DNA from: Nemertoderma westbladi
Lineage: Eukaryota; Animalia; Xenacoelomorpha
Direction: 5' to 3'
DNA length: 32,071 nt
Assembly: GCA_032718475.1 (NCBI GenBank)
Contig: JAUCBJ010000664.1
Location: 1-32,071 of the forward strand
Part shown: in pieces, positions 1-8,381 of the stretch
Position numbering within the stretch: the stretch's first letter is position 1
Layout: each line of letters begins with the position of its first letter
The notes under the pieces: model-generated
Seen by the model: the letters and a program-made list of their open reading frames with translations, nothing else
What the model was told of the DNA's origin: nothing
Databases searched by the model: none
Translations under genes and position numbers: made by a program

Positions 1-1283
1 CTCGATCGGTAGGTATATTCCGTCGGAAAGTTTCTCTTCGACCCCCCTCTCTACTGTTCTCATCTTCGTACCGGTACATCGCGTACCCCTCTCTCGGCGC
101 GTAGTGCGCCTCGCCGGGTCGCATCTCTCCGGGGCGACGGCAATCTCCCGGAGTCCGACCCCACTGACTCTCCGTTCTCATCTCGACTACCGACGGCTCG
201 CTATCCGTCCTCGCTCTTCTATCGTTCGCGGCGATACTTCTACTACTGTCTTCCTTTCTTCTCCTATCAGTGGAATATTCCCGCTCGTGAGATCTCTCGT
301 CGACCTCCCGGTTAAACCCCACTGTTCTTCTTCCTTCCTCTGATCGGGCTCGACGCTTCGTCCGCCCTCTCGCGACGTCAACCCGTCTCTCTCTGCTCGG
401 TCGCACGCCGCTGGGGATATCCGCAATCCCCCTATTACTTTCCGTCGCCGGTTGTTGCGGTTTACCTATTTCGGCCCGCGCATTGTCCGCTGACGGCTGT
501 GGGACACTCTCTGCCCCCCCCCCCCCTCTCGCCGCTAACTCTCTGTTGTGGGGCCCTCGTAGCCCCCCCCCACTCGCCGCTAACTTTCGTTGTGGGGCCC
601 TTGTAGCCCCCCCCCACTCGCTACATTTTACTTCGCTACCTCTCACCCCGCTACTATATACCTCTCTAGTCGACACATCAACCCTACCGCGGTCGGGTCT
701 ATTCACCCCCGCTTCTCCTCCTGCTATTGCGTGGCCTTCCAGGCCCTCTACTCCCTGCCTACCAACTACGTGGCCTACCAGGCCCTCTGCTCCCTGCCTA
801 CCAACTACATGGCCTACCAGGCCCTCTGCTCCCTGCCTACCAACTACGTGGCCTACCAGGCCCTCATCTGCCTGGCTATACACGTCCGACGTGTTTACGT
901 TAATAGCACCCATATTGGAAACAGAATTGATTTGCTCGTTTGGAACGAAATCATTTGTATTATTCTGCGCGACTACGCTATCTGAATTATTTTGTAAATT
1001 CGGGCTTGGATCATTATTTAAATTATTTGGATTATTTTGCGTAATCGCGTTATTTAAATTATTTTGTAGGTTCGAATTTGGGTTATTATTTTGATTATTT
1101 GAATTATTTTGCGTAATTACATTAATATTAGAATTATTTTCTACATTAATATTAGGATTGTTCTGATTTAAATTTAAATTACTACCACTAGGCAAAGTAT
1201 TTCCTGCAATAAAGGTTTGATTAGAGTTGTCCCATACGGTACTATCAACATTAACAACGTCTACTGTATCATTATTGTCGTTA
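1..1283 (-). pseudogene. Continuation of BEL gag N-terminal extension in copy A (Asn-rich, repeat and Arg/Glu-rich segments), frameshifted at poly-G tracts
   Basis: After the G12 run (C12 at 1284-1295) the minus strand reads GNDNNDTVDVVNVDSTVWDNSNQTFIAGNTLP..., homologous to ORF 14798..15445 and then to ORF 15455..16234 of copy C. Confidence 0.75.
731..866. repeat. 39-bp coding tandem repeat (~3.5 units) inside BEL gag copy A
   Basis: Unit gtggcctaccaggccctctgctccctgcctaccaactac starts at 731, 770, 809 and 848; it encodes a 13-aa repeat (GHVVGRQGAEGLV) on the minus strand. Confidence 0.9.
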
Positions 1284-2813
1284 CCCCCCCCCCCCGCCCG
1301 TACGGTCACACCAGTTTTGGGTCTGTCGCGCGGTCCCTGTCAGTGGGGTATTAATAAATGTATCTACGGCCCCCGGCTCCCCAAAAATACTCGAGCCGGC
1401 CCCGCTTTCAGACGGCGACGCTCGCACCAGTTGCAGCTCGTGCGCCCGTCTAATCCTATGTTCCGCAAGCTCACTCTGGCGTCTCTTTAATTCCTTGTGC
1501 TCTCGTTCAGCCTCTGCCATTCTCCTCTCACACTCCTGGGTGTCCCGGGCGGCCGACTCTGCTACACTCCTAGCGCTCTCCCTTCGTCTCACCTCGCGCT
1601 CCTTGCGTTCCTTTTCCCTTCTCGCCTCATGTTCCTTGCGTTCCGCCTCACGCTCTTTGCGTTCCCTTTCCTCCCTTGCCTCACGCTCCTTGCATTCCGC
1701 CTCACGCTCCCTACACTCCTTTTCCTCTATTTCCTCACACTCCCTAAGGCTTCTCAAAGCCCTTTCGGCCCTCTCTCCGGTTTCTCTAATCAATGCCGCT
1801 TCCCTCTCTAACCGCACTCTCCCCTCCTCTAACCGTTCCTCCATTTCCCTCTGACCTTGCTCTACCATGTTGAGACGGTATGCGGCACCTATCTCTCTCA
1901 CCACTCTTTCTTTCGCGGAGGATGTAGCAGACTTATCGGTTACGACGGACCCCCTCCGCCTTCCCGACCTACTAACTTTCCCCCGCTTCCCGGAACTTTC
2001 TCCGACCGACGAGGCCGAATCCTCGGGGTTAACCTCGGATTCGCCCCCCTCGGGTCCCCTCCAACCCACTAATTTTACTCCCCGGGCATCGACCAAGTAT
2101 GGCCCTATGTACACTGGCGCTACGCTAGGTTCCATACTCCCACACTCCCATAGTTCAAACAGTTCGCCGGCAACCCCTTTTGCTCTCCCCTCGGCTAGTT
2201 CTCTCTGCCCAAAACGTATTAGGTAATTAAAGTGTCTATCCGACTCACCTAGTCGCTTTCTCAGTCTCACCTCGTCTACCTTCGCCCCTTCCTTCTTGGC
2301 GTCCTTTATTAGCTTCCGGGTCGCGTTGTAGGCCCGTCGAAGTCGCTCTGAAACCCCGACGTCCTCGTCGCCGACCTCTCCTCCGTCCCTCCGGGTTCGA
2401 CGTCGTACCGGCGGCTCCACCGTCGCCGTTCCGGTGGGCCGTCCGTCGCCCTCGGCCTGTAGCTGGCCGGCGACATCGGTACCGATGTCTCCTCCGTCTC
2501 TTCGCGTCCGGCGTCGCACCGTCGGCCCCACCGTCGCCGTTTCGGTGGGCCGCTCGTCGCCCTCGGCCTGTAGCTGGCCGGCGACATCGGTGCGCCGATC
2601 TCCGTCCCGTGTCGACTCATCTCCGTCTCCCTCCGTCTCGCTCTCCCTTCCTCTTGGCTCGACCTCTTGTTCCAGGCTCCCCTCGTCTTGAACTTCCGGT
2701 TCGCCCGTTATCGATGGCTCCGGCGTCGTGGGTCTATATCGCCTGGTTGCGGCCTCACGGATCGTTTGGTCTTCGTCCGGGGTCCGCGTCGGTGTCTCGC
2801 CCGATTGACTCAT
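1281..2813 (-). CDS. gag: BEL Gag N-terminal ORF (510 aa; acidic/basic N-terminus, E/R/K-rich helical region), ending at the poly-G tract
   Basis: Intact ATG-initiated ORF just downstream of the LTR; homologous to copy C from 13259 (shared YLIRFGQRE, VYIGPYLV, EVNPEDS and DTFINTPLTGT blocks). Confidence 0.8.
   Translation of the reverse strand: MSQSGETPTRTPDEDQTIREAATRRYRPTTPEPSITGEPEVQDEGSLEQEVEPRGRESETEGDGDESTRDGDRRTDVAGQLQAEGDERPTETATVGPTVRRRTRRDGGDIGTDVAGQLQAEGDGRPTGTATVEPPVRRRTRRDGGEVGDEDVGVSERLRRAYNATRKLIKDAKKEGAKVDEVRLRKRLGESDRHFNYLIRFGQRELAEGRAKGVAGELFELWECGSMEPSVAPVYIGPYLVDARGVKLVGWRGPEGGESEVNPEDSASSVGESSGKRGKVSRSGRRRGSVVTDKSATSSAKERVVREIGAAYRLNMVEQGQREMEERLEEGRVRLEREAALIRETGERAERALRSLRECEEIEEKECREREAECKEREAREERERKEREAERKEHEARREKERKEREVRRRESARSVAESAARDTQECERRMAEAEREHKELKRRQSELAEHRIRRAHELQLVRASPSESGAGSSIFGEPGAVDTFINTPLTGTARQTQNWCDRTGGGGG
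2370..2591. repeat. 111-bp (37-aa) tandem duplication in gag of copy A
   Basis: TDVAGQLQAEGD.RPT.TATV.P.VRRRTRRDGG occurs twice; ccaccgtcgccgtt starts at 2417 and 2528. Copy C has a single unit. Confidence 0.85.
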
Positions 2814-2933
2814 CTCGCTGGTGATTGGTGGCTGATGGTTTGGCTAGCTAGGGCAGCGGTTGGTTTTAGTTACTGTGACGGGATCCAGGAGGGATCCCGA
2901 TTTATCCGGTATTTAGTTCACGCGTCCCCGCCG

Positions 2934-3403
2934 TGTATAAAGAGTGAATGAAAGTAAAATGAGTTCTGAAGTTCGGTGTATAATAATAAAGGTATAAGAT
3001 ATAGATATATTGTATAGTATATGGAAGGCGGGATACGGTAACTAAAAGTCCCGTGCTCCCCTATCTAAACTAATTAACCTATGCTAGCACTACTGCACTG
3101 AGATAACTGAATTACTGATATTGGGTTACTGGTTATATTGCACGGTTGGCCTAATTACTACCTAATCGATGCCTTGCCCCCCTCTGATTGGTTGATACCC
3201 TTGTTGGCACCCCGTGGAGTGTTCCCGTTCACTCCATCTGTTCTCTCTGGGTTAGGGGTTTGGCCCCTGACCCTTTATTGTGTGCTTCCTTCCCACTCTT
3301 ATTGGGATGGCACGAGTTGGTTAATTACCCAATCTCGTGGCTCCCAATATTGCTTATCGGCTTATAACTTTATGGGGTGTTAGCGGGATTGAATAAGCTA
3401 ACA
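2934..3403 (-). repeat. 5' LTR of BEL copy A (inner boundary uncertain, 2873-2934)
   Basis: TGT start; non-coding; similar to 12655-13123, including the CCAAT, TATAA and TCAGT elements. Similarity between the copies stops abruptly outside TGTTAG. Confidence 0.75.
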
Positions 3404-6120
3404 CACAGGTTTCAACGCGGGTGAAAACCTAGCGTCTATCCCTAAATAGGCGCTGTCTGGGTTCTGACCCGCTGGTGCCGGCTGTGTTCCTTTGAGCTGT
3501 TCTGTCTTGTCGCTAAGGTCTGTCCTATAAAGGCGGTCTAGGTGTGTCCTTGGGATCCAACTTCAGGCTCTCTCGAGGAATTTCTCATTATAACCCGACA
3601 CCCAACAGTCCGTAAGGTACCTGTCGCGTGCAAATCTGGTACTCAGTCTTTGATGAGGTTAAGTGTGCAAATCTGGACAATTGACCTTTCACCACGCCCT
3701 CTAGTGTCCTGTTACTGTGCATACTAGTTACGGGAATGGGGAGCTTCCTTGACAATTCCTTAAAATGTACTCTGGTTAAAATACACCCTCTAGTGGACCC
3801 CTCCAGCTCCAAATCTAAGAAAACTGACTTGGAGCTCGAAAAATCAAAAGTAAACTTAATGCCCCCCTTCCCAAATACCTCGGTCCCGGCCCGGTTGTAC
3901 CGGGATACGATGTCGTCCTGTTCAACCGTAGTTAAAGTTCTGTCAAATATAGCCTCCCCGTCATCTACGAATGTGCGGAAATAAATTGCACCAAATAGGG
4001 AAACTATATTTACGTGTTTGTGTAATCTGTCTACAACAATTACTGCTATAGCTTTACCCGCGGGCCCCCCCATACCCAAACCCCTCATGAGTACGTAAAA
4101 AATCCCTTGGAAACCAAAATAAGTGTGCGATAAAACAAATCTGAGGAGAATGACAATCTGGTCAACCATGAAACCAGATTGGACAAGAATGTCCCCGTTC
4201 TCAGACAACGAATCTACCACACTGTCTATAGCTATGTCGTGATCTATGGATTGGTACATGTCCACAACGTCCAACGCCATGAAAGTTAAAGCTGTAGCGT
4301 TGGTTTGGGGGATCAGATCGCGGGCTGTACGGGAGTCTTTAACGAAATGCGACATCCTTTCCAATAAGGGTTGGATTACAGAATTCAAGAGCTTCCCAGG
4401 TCGCTCGAAGAAAGTCCCGGATGTAGAGATAATTAACCTGGCTTTCGGCAGGGTTCGGTTGTCATCCCAGACTACCCATTCCGATCTATCCTTATGATCT
4501 TTAAAAAGGGGGAAAGGGTAGCCCATGGACGGGTGCTTTGGTACTAAGTACCGTTCGAGGTCGGCGTTATCCAATGATAAATCTTTGACCATCCGTATGG
4601 TGTCGGCGCGAAACTTCGAGGTTGGGTCAAACCCGACCTTCCTGTAAGTAGACTCGTCCCCCAGGTTCCGGAGAATCTCATCCGACCATAATTCCTCATC
4701 GACAATTATAATGCTCCCTGTCTTGTCCCCACGGGCAAACGCAATACCTTCCTTCCTCCGTAGAGCTTTCATCTCTTTGTAGATGGGAGAGTCCCCACCC
4801 AGTTTCCCGGACCCGCTGAAGAGTCGTGGGGCGAAATCGTCGATTGCTTGGTGCAAATCGTTGATGAAACCTTCCACTCCCTCGTTATTGCAACGCGGCA
4901 TAACGTACCTGTACTTACTCGGGATTACTAACTCTCTGTAATTCAACGGCGTCCTCAGAACAGAACCGGTAGAAACGGTTGGGGAATCCGGCGGCCGGGG
5001 AAGGCAGCCGGTGCCCGGGTGGCTCCTCGCTAGAGGAAAGACGCCAGCGGAAACCCTCCTCGGCCCTCCAGTTAAGGCCGCTCCCCTAGATGGGGTGGAG
5101 GTGAGGGTGTCGCTGATTGGTGGGTGGTTAAAGCCGGTCGGGTCAACCGTGGCGGAAGGAATAGGGCTGGGTATGGAAACCTCCCGCGGAACCGGGATGG
5201 TTCCAGGTTCAGAAAATAGCGTCCAGCGGTGTGACCGTGAAAGAAACGACCGTGTCATCCGTGGTGCCGGCAGGGGGGGCTACCGGGATTGTTGGTCGGG
5301 GTGAAGCGCCGCTCTGGCCCACCTGTATTGTATCGTCCTGTCTCTCTCTGTTCCGTATGATACTCCTCAACCTGCTGCCCATCCTCGATACTGCCGTATG
5401 CGCATCCATTACCTCGTTGTAAGAGATGCGGGTTCTAGGTACAAACCCAAATCCTAAACTTAGAAGTCGGCGATGCTCCTCGGAAACGTCCTTGGACGAC
5501 AAGTTGACGACATTGTCCACACTCCTGACATTGTGAGCGTGGTCGTCCCTACCGACATGCGGGCGAAAAACCAGCCGGTCGGTGACGAGCCAGCGTGGGG
5601 AATTCATCTCGTCTCTCACCCTCTTCCTCTCGGTTAACACGTTTATCTTACTGAGGAGAATCTTACTCCTTTGCGCCGTTTCCCCTGCCTCGATTCTATT
5701 CAACCAGTTGTGAACGAACCTAAACAGTCGGTCCCGTTCCGACCTTGGTGAGACAGAATGCTCAGACCTAAAGATATTGGACCGAATGTACTGGTAAAAC
5801 CAACCCGAATACGCGCCCCATCGCCTAAACTCCGATCTATAAGCGGCGTGGTAGGCGGCGATGTCCCGCGTTAAAACCCTTTTAATGTATACTTCTACTA
5901 GGTCGGTGTATTTCCCCAATCCCCTCCTAAAAATCCCCGAGATATACGATGGTACTAGATTCTTCTGCCTACAGTCCTTTAAAAATTGAATCTGAAGGGG
6001 TAGCCTAGTTAACCGCTCTTTAGTAGTGAATAGGTTGCGGATGTCACTGATTACTCCTGAGTCTAATTTAAAAGTGGAAAGGTAGTGACAAGCCGACTTG
6101 AGGGCGTTGCAGTGATCCAT
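3404..6120 (-). pseudogene. Penelope-like reverse transcriptase ORF (frameshifted; GIY-YIG endonuclease not in window)
   Basis: ORFs 5209..6120 and 3588..5258 carry PLE motifs FLKDC..NLVP, VVNLS...LLSLGFGFVP, GDKTGSIIIVD, LDVVDMYQSI, YFGFQGIFY..GLGMG, FVDD, FLDL and SMH...VVKGQLSRF. Removing one T at 5213-5216 and one at 3632-3634 restores the frame (…DRYLTDCWVSGYNEKFLERA); an in-frame TGA remains at 3563-3565. Confidence 0.88.
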
Positions 6121-6766
6121 AATTGTTGGGGGGTGGTGCAGGAGGTTTATCGCCCAGTTTAAAATGTTGTTATAAATTAACGGTCAATATATTTCTCCCC
6201 GTTGGGGTATCGTCAGGACCAAATAGAATTCAAACTACAAAAGAGCAGTAAAATATAGTTAAAACCTACGTAATGTGACCGGTACAGCAGTAAGGTATGG
6301 AAACTGCAGAAAGCTAGGCCTATAAGGGCTAATATAAGTAGTGGATCTAATATACAGTAGATTTGAAGATCTAGTGCAATGAACTAAATAACAGAAGCAA
6401 AAATATATTATATTATAAAGGGGGGAAAAAGTGCACCAAAGAAAATAAATTAATAAGCGAACATTATTCAGGCAACGCTCCCCGCTATACAGTATGTTTC
6501 GTAAATAACAGAAGCAAAAATATATTATATTATAAAGAGGAATGCAGAAGGCCTAGGCCTATAGGGCAAATAAGTAATGTATTTAATATACAGTAGATTT
6601 GAAAATATGCAGGTTCAGACCAAAACTAGCGTTACTATAAATGGGAATTTATGCACCTAAATAAACATTATTCAGGCACGCTCCCCGCTATACAGAATAT
6701 TTCGCTAAACCAACGGAATACTATGATGGCTGATTACTTAGGTTGCCGCCAGACGCTGGAGAAGTC
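6121..6766 (-). repeat. PLE 5' pseudo-LTR (probable ORF C-terminus plus 3' UTR of a tandem copy)
   Basis: Minus strand from 6766 reads DFSSVWRQPK-stop (TAA 6736-6734), then AT-rich UTR with duplicated modules and a hammerhead, then the ATG at 6120. This fits the known PLE pLTR layout; the ORF-end assignment is inference. Confidence 0.6.
6181..6221 (-). ncRNA. Minimal type I hammerhead ribozyme
   Basis: Minus strand reads UGGUC-CUGACGA-UACCCC-AAC-GGGGA-GAAA-UAUA-UU-GACCG: stem I UGGUC/GACCG, CUGAnGA core, stem II CCCC/GGGG, GAAA, palindromic AUAUAU stem III, AUU cleavage triplet. It lies in a PLE pLTR in the sense orientation. Confidence 0.82.
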
Positions 6767-6818
6767 ATGGATCACTGCAACGCCCTCAAGTCGGCTTGTC
6801 ACTACCTTTCCACTTTTA
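6767..6818 (+). repeat. 52-bp perfect inverted copy of the PLE ORF start (inverted tail)
   Basis: atggatcactgcaacgccctcaagtcggcttgtcactacctttccactttta is the exact reverse complement of 6069-6120; both translate MDHCNALKSACHYLSTF. Confidence 0.92.
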
Positions 6819-6894
6819 TACTAATTATGGGTGACTTCCTAGAAATCAGTAAAGTGCAGGTGAAGACCTATATGGGGGTGAAAGGATTAAGTTA

Positions 6895-8330
6895 CACGAA
6901 AGGATACCAGCCACTGCAGCACACTTTTCCCCTCTTAGAAATGATTTGATGGCAGGGCAATTCTTTCTAAGTGACTCTCTAAACTTGACTTTGTTTTCGA
7001 GATTGGCCAACACTTCTAAATTTGACCTATCCAGTGCTTCAACTGTATGCGATTTGCAGAGAAGGTGTAATGGTTTGTGAGATGCATGCAATTTTTCACA
7101 AACCCCCATCCTATATGTGTAAATTTTTTGTTGCAGTGTCTGTCATAATGCTGGTTGTTTTATTCCATAATTGGTTTGCTGAGACAGTTTCACCAGTACT
7201 TATCGAAACTGCAGTGGCTAATCGAGTATAGGTCTCAACAATGAGATTAACAATATTTTCTTTATCTTCGTGGGCAAAGAAAAGTGGTCTAATTGAGAAC
7301 CGGTTCCCATATGATAATTACGCAGGCCATTCACCATCGATTCTACATCGACTAGTTGTATCATAATGTAGACTGTAGAGTGACTTTCTCATGGGATTGC
7401 ATATTATGTAACGCTAATCCTGCATCGGTTTCATGTTGAATAGCCTGTAGTTGCTTATAGTCTGCTATCGTTTTGGCAGATGGCAACACAGGTGGTTTGG
7501 ATTTACTGATAATGTGTACTTTCGATCGTATGCTGTTCACTTCATCATTGGGACGCTTGCTGCTATGATGGTCAATAGGAGAGTCATGTTCTTGATCAGT
7601 ATTTGTAATGAACCGAGACTGCGTGATACTAGTATTAGGTAACTCTTTGTGTAAGTAATATGTATGGTGGTAAACATTTTTACAAACAGTTACAATTGCA
7701 AGTCTGGATTTCTCAACAGAAATGCCACATTTAACTGAAACTTCAGCACAAGCAGATTTTATTTCAATAGTGCAGTCTCTGGTCTTTCTAATAGCTGGCT
7801 TTGTAATTTCGATTGGATCTGTTTATGCACTAGCATTTATCAATGGAACTGTATTCTAATAATACCTGATCTATTTTTGGATTGGTTGATACTAATGTTA
7901 AGCCCAGCACATGAATCACCTTCTTCATCAGTTGAATTATCAGTACTAGAACCACCAGCAATGGCAATATCAGATTCAAGCTGTATTTGTTTCTCAGCAA
8001 CATACTCTATATCGAGAATATCACTGACATAGCCATAGCGAGTTGGCTGTGATTGATATTCATAAAACAATCGTTCCTCATCAGCAAAATGGGTAGGATT
8101 GCTCTTAGAAGAAAGAATGTCAAACAATACTTGATTGTTAGCACGCCAACTCTGAAACCTTTCACGGCTACTCTTTAGAGGCCCAGACTTAGAAGAAGGA
8201 GTTCTCCTTACTTGATTATAGTAAGACACCAAGTTGTCTCTAATTTTTTTTTTGTCACAGTTTTTCTGGGCATTACATGCTCCTCGCCAAATGCCTTAAT
8301 CCACAACTCTCTAACTGCCCTACTATAGAA
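6895..8330 (-). pseudogene. Decayed DDE transposase, probably hAT superfamily (hATm/hATx/hATw-like)
   Basis: Manual minus-strand translation across stops and shifts gives ELWIKAFG...LFDI...ERLFYEYQ...CTIEIKSACAEVSVKCGIS...VLPSAKTI...LHYDTTSR..DGEWP...IRPLFFAHED...LWNK..IMTDTATKNL...HLLCKSHTVE: two candidate catalytic Asp followed by a CxxH motif. The C-terminal part is missing and no TIRs were found. Confidence 0.6.
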
Positions 8331-8381
8331 ATTAATTAACAGTTTACAACTGTTAAAACGTGTCCATTTTATTTTATTTTT

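Larger units (their letters stand above)
1..3403 (-). mobile_element. BEL/Pao LTR retrotransposon copy A (5' LTR plus gag N-terminal region; runs off the left edge of the window)
   Basis: Its reverse complement is collinear with 12655-~16040, which continues into an unambiguous BEL gag/pol. Begins TGTTAGCTTATTCAATCCCGCTAACA on the minus strand at 3403, as copy C does at 12655. Confidence 0.9.
3404..6818 (-). mobile_element. Penelope-like retroelement (PLE), 3' part cut off by the BEL copy A insertion
   Basis: PLE-type RT, a 5' pseudo-LTR with hammerhead, and an inverted copy of the ORF start at 6767-6818. Coding sequence stops exactly at the BEL LTR (3403/3404). Confidence 0.88.

Noticed and set aside
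731-866. Regular repeats suggesting a CRISPR array
   Set aside because: Head-to-tail units with no unique spacers, in-frame coding, eukaryotic TE context and no cas genes.
483-1094. Plus-strand ORFs with PTTWPTRPSAPCL or YQALCSLPTNY repeats, and similar antisense ORFs such as 1495..1854, 13763..14815 and 15046..15732
   Set aside because: Antisense shadows of purine-rich, repetitive gag sequence; the sense frame is the one linked to the BEL gag core.
3563-3565. In-frame TGA in the PLE as selenocysteine, as in Naiad PLEs
   Set aside because: Single occurrence, easily a CGA or TGG mutation; no N-terminal GIY-YIG as in Naiad and no SECIS recognised.
6459-6704. Z modules as additional hammerheads (minus strand GAAA...CUGAAUA)
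   Set aside because: The core is CUGAAUA rather than CUGAnGA, and no convincing stems form.
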